This document shows positions 52,012-64,000 of a DNA stretch of 64,000 bases, piece after piece. The translations under genes and the position numbers were made by a program. Source of the DNA: Takakia lepidozioides (lineage: Eukaryota; Plantae; Bryophyta). The notes under the pieces are model-generated. The model searched no databases and was not told the DNA's origin. It saw only the letters and a program-made list of their open reading frames with translations. Numbering within the stretch: position 1 is the first letter of the stretch; each line of letters opens with the position of its first letter. The stretch lies in contig CM060733.1 of NCBI GenBank assembly GCA_030704615.1, forward strand, positions 50,778,001-50,842,000, read 5' to 3'.

Positions 52012-53065
52012 TCCTCTTCTACACTCGTACACTTCTTCACAGAAACTAGAGTGAGAGAATTTCGACAAACAAGTCAGAGAGGGACACAGTGATGAGAAGG
52101 CGAGAGAGAGCCACACATTCTTCCAAATATCTTTACTTCATCGTCACCCTCATTCATCCACATGTCATATTTCTTTTGGCCGGTGCACAAGTCAGGGTTC
52201 GAAACTCTCACATGCTACAAAAGATTCAGTAGTAGAAACTAGAAACACAAACAGCTAAGTTAGACCCTTACTAAGGGTCACTTGGAAACAAAGCTATTGC
52301 GATTCTTTGTGAGTTTGTTGGAAAGGCTCCAGGCAATTGAGTATCCCATTTTGATCATGAAAGAGTAAAGGAGGCTGTAGTGCAATTGAGCGCGCTAGCT
52401 GCTGAATCCGGCTGATGGTCTTGCAATGCTTGGCTTGTATTCTCTCGGCATCGCCTCGGGATGGAACAAACATTACATATAGAGAGCTACAAATACATGA
52501 ACAGTGTGACGAACAATAGCAGGAACGGAGAGAACAGCTCAAACACAGGACCACCAATGCGGGTTGGAGCTTTATTAAGGATTCGTGCTCTGGACCTCCG
52601 GAGCCGGGAATAAGCAGTCCATGAAGATTGGATTCCAACTTGCTGAACCATCTCGACTTGCATTGGCATACATAGAGAGTCACCCTGCACTGATCGTGCA
52701 TATTGACTGCAGGAAGAATTTTGTTGATATTAGCATTGTGAAATTTTGACGGCCAGGCCTTCAAACAGAAGGAAATCATTTTTAATTCCTTCCAGTGTTA
52801 CTACCTTTCTGGGTGCAAATTTACAGACGGCAGAATGAGAAGTCTGAGCAGCGAAATATGTGAGTGGACGGATGCAGAGATACACCATGACAGCTGAAAT
52901 GCATCACTCGTGCACTCATGGCTGTCCCCCAGCTAGAAAGATTCTCTCAAACACAGTACATGCACGGATTGCTTAGGCTCATTAACCAGCACATGGGGAT
53001 AATCGACTAGCTGTTGAAGACAGGGACTATCAATCTAGAGGTAGGCCCACTGATTTGTGTTGTGA

Positions 53066-56000
53066 TCAGAGGGGAAGGCCAGAGTTTAAGTACTTGAGCT
53101 TGGTGCAATCAAAAGGACCCAGCTGTTGTCTATTCTTTCGCACCTGCAAGAGACACAGTTAATGCAGTCAGCCCAAAGGCATGGAATCATACAAGAAACG
53201 CCATACAAGTGAATTGCATATGCACTATGCATGAAGAGATTACATACCGGAGACCAAGGGTTGCGCTTGGGAACACTCTTCTCTGGAGGTGAATTTTTTA
53301 CTGGCCCATTTTTCATTTCCAGACATTCCTGCAACAAGTTAACTTTATTGTTTTAGCATGTAGCATGAAGTGGTAGTTCACTAGCATGTTCACATTTTTT
53401 ATCATGGTAACCAATAGTTGAACAATCAGTGGAACTAAAGACAGATAAAATGACTAGAGATGCAACAAGGTTCCTCAAAAAAAATGTGACCAGGAAAGTA
53501 CCTGTCCAGCTGCTTCCAGAGCACAAATCCTCTCCTCTGAGAAAGGGGAAGGTGGCTTTGAATCTGCAGAGCTTGTGTTGCCAGGAAGCTTGCTTCGTCG
53601 GTTTTTTCGGGAACCGGGTGACCCCTCATTCTCCTGTCCTGATGCCTCTGCTGATACCGGAGACATTGTCAACCTGCTTACCGCTTTTCTTGCAAATGCA
53701 AACAGGGAACCTCTCTCTTTCTTGTGTGAACCATGCCCTTCTGCCACATTAAGCCCTGCTAAGGGGTTCCGACTACCTCCACTATCAGCCACAGCAGGTG
53801 GCGCATTTGGAGATGTGGTTTTTGAAACACTGCCACCATTTGCCATCAGTGACCCTGACTTGTGTTCTTCCGGAGTTCTTGGAGATACAGACTTCAAGCC
53901 CTCCATTTTATCCTTGGACTTCCTCATCTGAGCTGCAATGGCAGCTCCAAGAACAGGCCAGTCTGACCAGTGTGATGCTGGACTTTCAACCATCACATGG
54001 CCTTCTCCTTTCTGAGCTGAGCCTTCGGGAGTGCAAGTTCTGGGTCCAACAGCTCCTGTTGAATACGTGCTTGCACATACTTGCTGTGCTGAAAGGGGTG
54101 TCTTTAGCCCCGCCTCTGAAGTACCCATGGCATCTGCACGCTGGTTAAAGCGAAGAACACTGCTCCGTTTGCCTGAAACTGGGGTGAGGTAATGCCGAGG
54201 TGATCTTTCATCAGCAACCCTGCTGCTTGGCGAGCTGGACAGCCAAGGTTGCATGGTTCCAGATCTTCTAGCAGACTTACTAGCTGCTGCTGAGATTGGA
54301 GTACCGGGTCTTGACAATGCTTCACCAAAACCCTGGCTACTTGGGGAGTTTGATTGTGAAGATTGGTTGCATGCGAAGTTTTGAAAATGCTCATTAGCTG
54401 CTGTTGGAATCAAAGTACCAAGTCCAGGTGAACTGTCGGCCTTCCCAGATGCAGAGGATTGAGCATAATCAGGACCAGCTCCTGGAGAGGAGGTAGCAAA
54501 TCTCGACAATGTTGGACTGACATTCCTGCTTCCGGGCGTGCATGGGGTTGCATCAGCTGCCACACGAGTACTAGCAAGTCGTGGTGATGCTTCATTAACA
54601 CCAATGCTGTCTTGAGAGCTCAAGACATCGGTAGCTGCTGCTGAAGGAGTAGCAAGTCTTGGGAATGCTTCACTGCCATCCCTGCTTCTTGGAGAATCCA
54701 AATGCTCAGATTGCTCGGAATTCGAGTTTTGGGCATGATCAACAGCTGCTCCGGGTGATGCTTCACTGTCAGCCCTGCTACTGGGAGAGCTGGAGTACCC
54801 AGATTGGACAGATCCAGAGTTTTGAGCATAATCAGGAGCTCCTGAAGACAAAGATGCATACCTTGGTGACATTAAACTCGTAGTCCTGCTTCTTGAGGAG
54901 CTAGGGATTTCATTATCTGCCACATGACAGGTAACAGCAAGTGGTTGTGAAGCCTCGCTGACAGTTATGCTGCCTGGGGAGCTCAAGACCCCACATGCTG
55001 TTGTCAAAGATGGGGTAGCCAGTCTTGGTAGTGCTTCACTGCCATTCCTGCTTCTTGAAAAATTCAGATCCTCAGAGTTTTGAGCGCAATCAAGAGCTGC
55101 AACTGGAGAAAATTTGTGTGATGCCTCACTGAAATCCCTGCTACGTGGGGAGCCAAAGAGTTTATTAGTTGCTCCAGGAAATTGAATAGTGAACCTTGGT
55201 GATGCCTCACTGGCAGATCTGCCATCTGGGGAGCTTGAGAACTCACTTGCTGCTGATGGAGGTGCAGTGGCAAGTCTTTGCGACGGATCAGCAGCAATCC
55301 TGCTACTTGGGTAGCTTAAGTGCTCAGCTAGCTGGTGTCTGGAGTTTGGGGGAAACTCACTAGCTGGTACTAGAAATGATAAACCAAAGTCCAGTGATGC
55401 TTCATTAACTACAGTGCTACCTGGGGAAGTTGAATGCATGGACTTGTCATTATCAGACGATTGATCGCACCCACTAGCTGCTGGACATAGGAAAGCAATT
55501 CTTGGTGATGGCCCAATGACTGTCATGCTACCTGGGGAGCTCAAGGACTCCCCAGCTGCTGTTGGAGACTTAGTGGCAAGTGTCGATACTTCACTAGCAT
55601 CACTAATGTGTGCAGAGTTCAAGTGCTCGGATGGCTCAAACACAGAGTTTCGGAGACATACACTATCCAATGTTGGAGATAGACTAGCAAGAGTTCCTGA
55701 TGCTGCACTGACAACAATGCTCTCTGGGGAGCCTGTCTGCCTCAATTCCTCACATCCAGGGCTCTGAGCAGATTCACTAGTTCCTCCTGGTGTTAGCGAT
55801 GCTTCAGTCAATACCCTGCTGCTTTGAGAGCTTGAGTTGTCAGCATTCTCACTAAGTGTTGAGTCTCCAACTGAATCAATGTCAACTTCACATCCTGAAA
55901 CTACAACTCTCAATGATGCTGAGTTTTTCTCAACCAGGGAAAGGCTTTCAGATGCCTTCACATTGTCACTGCCAGCTGCCTCTGCCTCAGAATAAGGTGT

Positions 56001-59000
56001 TGAGCCACAGCCTACTGGGGAATAATCAGCATCAGTTGATAGAGTTGATTCTTGAACACTGCTGATGATACCTTTTGATTCTGAAAGAGGTCCACCTTGC
56101 ATTGAATGAACATGTAATTTGCTGTCGCACACAGCCACCACTCCAGGATCTGGCGAAACTGAAGCAGTCGCTTCAATAGAGCTTACATTCCTTAGAACAT
56201 CACCATCTTCTATTTTGCAATATCTTGCCCCGAACTGGACTTTCCTTTCAGCAATGCAATGGGTTTCGGCAACAGTTTTGACATAAGGAACACCTGAAAC
56301 ATTTGGAGAACTATAGGGACGACCAATCTGCATTGGAGGGTTAGGTCTTTGAGCTTGTGTCTCATTTGAGGGAAAGGAACGGGCTCTTGGCGATGTTGGA
56401 GCCGACGCAGCACCCCAGCGCAAATGGGGTGCAGAGGGAATGGCAGAGTTCCCCCTACTTGAGGGGGGGGCCTGCAGGCGTTGCAAAAGTGCACCAGCAC
56501 TACCATTTGTGCCAGCAATAGGAAGCTTACTGGTTGTAGCACCACTTACATGCCTTGCTGATTGAAACACTTGCCTTGCTTCTGGAGACACCTGACGTGA
56601 TACCGCACACGGCGATGGTGTAGCTAATGCCCTTGCCTGCACGCATAAACAAAACATGGTCAGTTACCGAACAACTGGTGTACCTGGTTTTCAAACACCA
56701 AGAAAATCTGAGACTAATATAAGCCTGCTGCATTGGAAGTGACACGTACTGAGTCAAAGAAGCCAAGCTTGGGCGAGGGCTTCCGCAGACCAGAAGGCTT
56801 GGCTGCAAACAAAGGTTCTGCTGGTGAAGCCATGCTATCTCCCGTGGAATCAGGTAGACTTCTAGGAAGGCCAGGCACAGCCATGGCACTCTTGCTCCTT
56901 GTAAGGATGCGGCCTGGCCTACTCATGTCTTTAGACTTGGGCTCCAAAGTGGGAGATGACATGCCTTTTCCGCGCAGAATGTCTCTTACAGTGAAAGTCC
57001 CTTTTGTATCTTTCTCTGCTCCTGCTGGTGCACTGGTGGTCACTCTGGTGCTCGATTCCTTGACTTCAGGAACAGTTGGCAACCCTCCTAGTTTCTTTGG
57101 AGCAATGGCACCCTTCACAGATGAAGGCACATGCTGTGACAAGGGTGGCGTACCTGTTTTCTGACCTCGCCCTGCCACATACATTAGTATTCCATTACAA
57201 ACCCCCTTAAAAATGTGCTGGGCTTCAATCAAATAGCATGCATCATAGCCAAGCCAACACAACATGCACAGACCAACAGTTGGCTGTCAGCTTACCAGCC
57301 CTAAGACCAAGTAAGCTAGCTGGTTTGATAATACTGTAACAATCATACCTGTTATCACTTTTCCCAGCGTGTCTTTCACCTTCTTTGACATTGATGAAAC
57401 CTTGCGAGAGAGTGAGGAGCTCGTAGAAGGGGAGCCATGTAGGGTGGGAGTGGACATAGTACGCACTAATCCTGTCTGCTTCCATTTCTGTGGCTCCTCC
57501 ACAGTTCTCTCCTCAGCCTTCTTGCTTGTGTTCCAGGTCAAGGATCCAGATACTGAACCATTGCTATGTTACAGCAGGAAGTAATGCTAACTATGCTACG
57601 AGATTGAATTCAGAGAACCAGCTAGGTGACAATAATGAGTAGAATCAAAGGTCCAAACAAAACAAAGGAGGATATGAAAAGGAACTTGGGAGACGGAGTC
57701 GGGAGCCATGTTGAACAGGAGAATCTAGCACATTCTTGGAGGCTCCAGGCCTGGCCTGGTTTAGGCCTGTCATTGCTGCCCCTGGCACCTTTATCTGCCA
57801 TACCACACCAAGAGAGCATTCACTACATGAAGTACACCTCTTGATGGACTGAAATTCACTACTGCTGCAAAAATGTGAATCCAGTCTCATCTTGCAAACA
57901 CACTCCTACAAACAAGTCAAACATTTGGGCTTTACATTGCAGTTGATCCCTTGAGCCTTATCTGCTCCCTTTGACGAAATCGGCAGTGTGCTAGAATTGG
58001 AAACTTCTGCTTGCTTAACAGGCCTTGACGACGTAGTCAGCACTGGATTCAAAGTGGTTATGGGAGCTTGCTCCACTGCATTGGTTCCTGGAGCTTGTTC
58101 CACTGCCCTTGACAATGGATTGAGAGATGCATGAGAAATGGTCCCTTGACCATTGTCTGAGCTTGATATTGAAATTGGCACCATATCTGCATGAAAGGCC
58201 TTGTAGGATATCAGAGTTGGCCATTCCAGCAGCACCGACACAGATCACGATATAAAAGGATGGGCAGAAGCTCTTGTGAGCTTGGAGAATACAAGTCTAC
58301 CAAGTTCCCTGTAGTCATGAGAGAGCATTGGTGCAAACCTGAGTGGGGATTAAGACAACTAGAATGAGCCAAGACCTCAGGAGGAAGGAAGTCAGGTGCT
58401 CTGCTACCATGCCTAGGTACGATTGGCAAGGGCATGATTAACAGGCCTCGGGGCCCATCCCTAAGACTGGGTAGTTCTGGCATTCGGAGCTCCTTGCCAA
58501 TATCAGACGAAACTACAAGGAGTTCTTCAGGGTCCAGCACGCCTGCATTTGGTGCCAAGTCAAAGTGTCAGCCCAGCTTCCTAACCACTGCACCTGATTA
58601 CTCATGATAGAACGTAAGCATTTGGACAGGCCACAAACCCAGCCTCCCACACCACCAGTGATGCAAGAAGATGGCAGTGAAGGAGAAGCTATCTTCGAAA
58701 GCAAGCGGACAAGCAGTACCCTCATCAGTGAAAAAGGCCTTGTCCCACGCCAAGGACTTGCGCAAGGTAGTTGCACGCCTTGTCCTAATCCTTGTAGGTA
58801 CAGCAGCGTTTGCTTCCACTGTTGTCTCTTGCCTCTGCTGCCTTGAAGTGTCAAGATAGCTGCTGCCAGGATGACTTGATAAGCCAGTGGGGTTCCTGGT
58901 GGCCGACATCTCCCCTCCTCCATCAATCTGTACAGAGTCTGTTCAGCCACAGTACATACAGCCTCCAGTTAGTACTGCTGGTAAGGGCAGCATGAGATTG

Positions 59001-59990
59001 TCATCATATCATCAATCAGATCCCTTTCAATAAGTACAATTCCAGACACAGGACACTTCCCAAGTCATGTGCTTACAAACACGATAGAAGTCCTCGCATT
59101 TTGTGGAGACTCCTACTGTGGGACTCCTCATGGCACTTCCTCTCTGGAAATTACAAAGTGCAGCTCCCAAAATGTACCTTTTGAGTATTAATTTTTCCTC
59201 GGAACACTGCCTTCACCCACACCATGAGATAAACTTGAATAGTTAATTGATGTACCTTTTGAGTATTGATTTTTCCTCGGAGCACTGCCTTCACCCACAC
59301 CATGAGATAAACTTGAATAGTTAATTGCATTCACATCCAACACAGATAACACAGAGTTGGAAGTTGGTGGTGCTATCTTTTCTTCCGAGTCTGGAAATGT
59401 TGCAACCTTACTCTCTGTCTCTTCAACTGCCCCTGCGATGACGCCAATTTCATCATGTGAACTCAAGCAGACCAATCTAACCACCTTGCTACATGAACAC
59501 ATTCTCGAGAAGAATGGCATTGAAGACACAAATGACAGCCTCATAATTCCTAACTTTCAGCTCTCCACTGTGACCTACTCGGCAACATGCCAGAAGCTAT
59601 GCTCCCCTCCTTCGGACAGGACACATTGAACTTTGCGCAGGCTGTCGGTACAGCATGAGAAGTTGTCACAACAAGCTATCAAAATCGTCATACGAAATGC
59701 TTTTCAAGGCTTTCGAAACAACCTCTATGAATGTTTAGGGACGCAGAGAACCATAGATAACTACAACGGAATAGAGCGAACAATGCACTTCAAATTATTG
59801 GATCTCCCTTGGATTACACACCTAAACTGTTTTTCTCTCCAGACGGTAACCCTTTCTTCTTGCCACTGATAAGGGAAGGTGATGGCGGAGACACGCCCAG
59901 GACAGACTCCGCATCCTTATTCTCCGGACTTGAGGTACACAACAGGTTATCATCCTCCAAATCAATGTCTAAAAGTTCCAAAGCCTCCAT
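53066..59990 (-). CDS. GPT1/GPT2 (At2g37070/At3g53320)-like microtubule-associated protein; multi-exon with a 3.1-kb repeat-rich exon
   Basis: LELLDIDLEDDNLL; LRKSLAWDKAFFTDE/GVLDPEEL; KPSGLRKPSPKLGFFD; PFSEERICALEAAGQ/ECLEMKNGPVKNSPPEKS..NPWSP/VRKNRQQLGPFDCTK. Confidence 0.78.
59172..59327. repeat. 78-bp tandem duplication spanning an exon end and splice donor
   Basis: ATGTACCTTTTGAGTATT(A/G)ATTTTTCCTCGGA..AGTTAATTG starts at 59172 and 59250. Confidence 0.93.
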
Positions 59991-62828
59991 ATCCGAAAGT
60001 TCCTGGGCTTCATGCAACAAGAAAAAAGAGGCCAAGATTTGGTCTTGATCTCACAGTACCGACTCCACAGCCCTGCTATGTTGCACTTCTTACATCAGAT
60101 ACCCGCTGAGACCTTGAGTGAGTCATCTCTCTCTGAAGCATCGCTCTTTCCTGCGAAATCGGACCGACTCTGGTGCAGCTCCTACAATCACTGGTCATGA
60201 ATATCAGGAAGTACGGCTTAAGAGCAGCGGAAAGCTCCCAGACGCATGAAAGACACACATAACCAGAGCCACGAGCTCTGTACACAATGTCTCAATAATG
60301 TAAGGATGTGCGTAGAAACAATCAAACAGAGTCCTAAAACGCCTTCCCCCCCCGGCACTAAATCGACTGCAAGACATCATGACCAAAAATCCAGCGTTGC
60401 GCGCATATTAAGGACTTCAGATAAAGGGAAAGCGACAGACAAACAGGGGTTGCCATACTCCCCCCAAGAAAACATGCCGAGGGACGATGCTGGTGACATG
60501 CAACGTTTCCTTGAAAAACCTAAAAGCAGCCACAAATTCAAAATGGTTGACTCGTCTAAGATTGCGAGGAAGATGCAGAAGAATGATCGGCAGGCAGGCA
60601 GGTACAGCGAGAGAGAGACGGGCGTGTCAGAGCGAGCGAGCAGGCCTGGTTCAAACTGCTAGAATGCGCGCCACTACCCTTCATCCATCCACCGGATTCC
60701 GTTCTCCATCCATTCATTATTAACCTCCAATATGGATGAAAAAAACTCAGATAGACGTTGGCTCGTGGATGACAGAAAAATCATCCATCAGGAAAGGTGG
60801 GGAGAGGTTTTCTCTTCCCTCTCCTTGATCTCGTGCTTCCTGCGAGAACAGACATTCTTCGGATCAGAAATGCTTTGGCAGCTTACCTGCACGAGGCCTT
60901 CACTTCACCCTTAGACAATCACTCGAGCAATAGCTTTATGCATGGCTCTGGTTTTGTTTCCTCTCTCATGTTTTCTTCCATTTTGTCCCATAAGCTCTAT
61001 GAGCTTTCCGCGGACGTTATAAAGCGCCATCTCATTTCATTTCATGTCGGTGCAAAGAGTTCGGTTAGCTCTGCACGGCCATGAATTCTCAAGGGCATCA
61101 AGCAGGGGTCGCCCACACCGAAACCTGGTTGGCCCTTCTTGGCTGTGTCGAGGAGGGAAAAAATTTCCTCAACAAAATTACAGTCGGCACTCTAGTGCTT
61201 TTCTGGTGATTTTCTCCATTGATGCTGAGACTCATGGAATGAAGTGATGAGCGGCTTCATCTCAGGAGTCAGTACTCGTAAATGTAGCATGGTCTGGCGG
61301 CTTCACCACTTCCCTTTGCGTCTGGTCAAAGTCCTTGACAAGTCCATGTTGTGCATACTCAGTGGTTATTCTTGAGACCACATCGCTTTCAACGTATCAA
61401 CAAGGGCATTATTATTACACCCACAGACATCAGTCTCGGATCCAGATTTCATGATGTGGGCACGCATCTTCGATCGTTCAAGCTCCGTGCTGCACAATGC
61501 CGGCCGTGTTGCCTTCCTCCCCCTCTCGTCTTCGAATCTGCCCTCCTTTAGAACCAATGGTAGGATGGAGGTGCTCCTATTCCAACTCCAGTCTGATGCT
61601 CAACAAACAACCATGTCTAATTTCAGATTTGAAAGGGCCCCCCCCCCACCCCGCCACTGCCATGCTTGATGAAGATGAAGTGTAATGAAGATAATCAACT
61701 GACTCGATAAGAGTGTCTTGGTTAGTGAGCATTCTTTGTGAAGACTCATATGTAGTTGCGAGGCATAGAACAATGAGCTTATACCTTGGGGTGCATCTTC
61801 AACATACACTCCAGCTCGGTAGATGCGCAAAGGTGGCTTGCTAACCTACACTACAAAGCAAGCTTTTGAATAGACACATCGACAGAGGCAGGGCGAGTGA
61901 AATCGAGAAAGGATGACCCACAAGAAATCAGCAGTACCCCAGCAGTCTTTGGGAGGATGCATGCCGATCATACAACCTTGCACAGTTAAAAATCATACCA
62001 CACTGTCACAATTGCATCTGCCCTACATCTCTGGAAGCCTGGGTGGAAAGAATCTCTAAGACAATATGCAACCTTTCTTCTCTGGCCATTCTAACCAGAC
62101 CACCTTTCAGCAGGGAAACTATGGTGGGAGCTTCATGGCTTTACGCCTCTAGATACTGTGTGAATAAAACTCTTGTTGATGCTCAGGAGGCCTGGAAACC
62201 TGAGTCTGTTATTTACCGTTGTGGACACCAGGTCCATGACAATCCACCTGTCATTCATGCTCCAGCAGCTGCACTGGAATATTACTTGTAGCTTCATGGC
62301 TCCCCAGAACAAATTTCAAGCCAAAGAGTTTTGTTGCAATAAGCTCACAGCTGATCAGACATAGGAGCTCTATCCACCAAAAGGGTGGTACTCTTCAACT
62401 CCTAATGACAAAGAAAACCCTTCACAAGTAGATGAAACCATTAGAAGACAACTCCGGCTGTTACCTTCTGCAAAACTATTGCTCCATGCTGAGCTCTTCT
62501 CATATTAAATCTGTCAGCCCCTACACCATTCTCACTAGCATGTACTCCAGTGTCCGCTCTTGGGAGTTAAGAGTGCCCTCTTCTCCAACGGGGCTCATGA
62601 TACTCGTAAGCAGCACTTCTTTTCTGTTCAGATGCATCCACACTGAGCCCAGTTCAGCAACTCATGCACTTACCCCCTTGGCTTTCGAGTCATTGGGGTA
62701 CTTTCCTGGTGAATCACCAAAGAACACCTTCCTAGTGTCGATCCTCAGTCCTGTCTCTAGTATCATCTTTATCTGTGTTCAAAGAACTAGGAACACATAG
62801 GAAGATTTGTGCAGGAATGAATGGCATG

Positions 62829-64000
62829 CTATCTGAACAAAGGCGGCAAGACTGCATGTGCATCAATGTCCAGCTGCTCCAAAGTCCTGCAAAATACGCA
62901 TCCCACAGTAGACATGAACTCACTTGTTGCCAATTTACAAGCTACAGCACTCAAAGCGACAGTAACATCAATTTCAACAGAAGACCTGTAAAGATGTAGA
63001 ATGCTTTTGCAGGTTGCCCACAATTGCAAACATAGAGCAGACATCAGCTGCAATTTCAATCAATTTGTGTAGTGCAAACCTGATAATAAGGGGCAACACC
63101 AATGCTATTCATCAAAGCGATCTAAACAAACAAACCAGGGTGAGCTAAAGAGAGAGAGATAGGAAATACTGGCACAAGTTGCAGCCATGCTCCACATTAC
63201 TGGGCACAAACCACAGGCGCCGCATCGCTGATGTCTCTAGCTGTACAAAGAAGCCATTACTGTTCCCGGCTCTCCATTTTCTGGTCCCTTGACCTTTCCA
63301 CACCTGCCCATATTGACTTTCACATTTGAGGTACAACAAAACAACCCTGAGGTTGAGGATAGTTAAGACATGTGAGGGCTTAAAGAGAGGGACCTGCCAC
63401 ACATGCACATGCCAAAACAAACCTTGTCCACTCATTAAACCCCTAGCAGGACATGCATCATACCTGTGGAAACGAGATGCTTTTCTTGGAAACAACTAGG
63501 ACAGCAGCTGTAGCTGATGAGTCAACAGCATACTGGCGCAGGAAGGCAACACAACTGGATAATGTATCAGGTGATTCAAAGCCCTGCAGCAATAGCTACC
63601 ATCCTCAATTAGAATAGCCCTACAGAACCAACACGCAGAAGAGTGCCTTCTCACACATGGAATATGCCTCCAACGACAAATATGAGAGTTTAGGAAAAAG
63701 TTGCATGATCAGGCTTTCTGACAAACAAAACACCAAATGACAACACTAACTACCCCAAAATTGGCAAACTTGGGTCTATTTGTGTAGACTGCATCAAATG
63801 TCAAGAGATAAAAGAGAAGAATGTGTCACCTTGTCCACGGTAACAAGTGGGGAAAATTCTTTGGATGAAGCATCTTTTGCGAAGCACATGTGAACTCTAG
63901 CCTGCAGCTTCCCATTACTATCATTCCACTCCTTCATTGCAGATTCAATCACAACCTCAAGAAATTTCTGCACATCACCGGTGCCTTGAGGAAGTGCTCC
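62829..64000 (-). CDS. 3' exons of an unidentified protein-coding gene (>64000-63830, 63583-63464, 63303-63170, 62886-62829)
   Basis: Phase-consistent GT-AG splicing gives ..FSPLVTVDK/GFESPDTLSSCVAFLRQY..SFPQ/VWKGQGTRKWRAGNSNGFFVQLETSAMRRLWFVPS..NLC/QTLEQLDIDAHAVLPPLFR then stop. Family not recognised. Confidence 0.72.

Noticed and set aside
52294-52779. 161-aa minus-strand ORF between FLVB and the GPT-like gene
   Set aside because: No recognisable domain; it lies in the expected 3' UTR or promoter interval.
60246-62800. Short ORFs and coding-like fragments between the GPT-like gene and the last gene
   Set aside because: No motif or phase-consistent exon chain; likely UTR or intergenic sequence.

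Overview
Eukaryotic nuclear DNA with GT-AG introns from a land plant. A flavodiiron FLVB gene, many PLS-class PPR relics and a TSNAXIP1-like coiled-coil gene together suggest a seed-free plant, possibly a hornwort; this is inference only. The left half (about 3-29 kb) is an accessory zone. It holds PLS-PPR pseudogene fragments, LTR remnants, a 1.64-kb TIR element with an exact 8-bp target-site duplication that carries a tandem array of captured PPR sequence, and a roughly 14-kb CACTA/En-Spm complex. The complex has a Tnp2-type transposase, a TnpA-like ORF and two divergent, frameshifted copies of a SET-domain (lysine methyltransferase-like) cargo gene, plus dense arrays of short or palindromic motifs. 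The transposon-borne SET family is the best candidate for an undescribed system. Host genes are CYP73A/C4H (3' part), TSNAXIP1-like, PLAC8/CNR, STR6-like rhodanese+FSH1, JAGGED-like C2H2, FLVB, a GPT1/GPT2-like protein with an internal repeat expansion, and the 3' end of an unidentified gene. All family calls come from motif recognition by eye; no database search was run.
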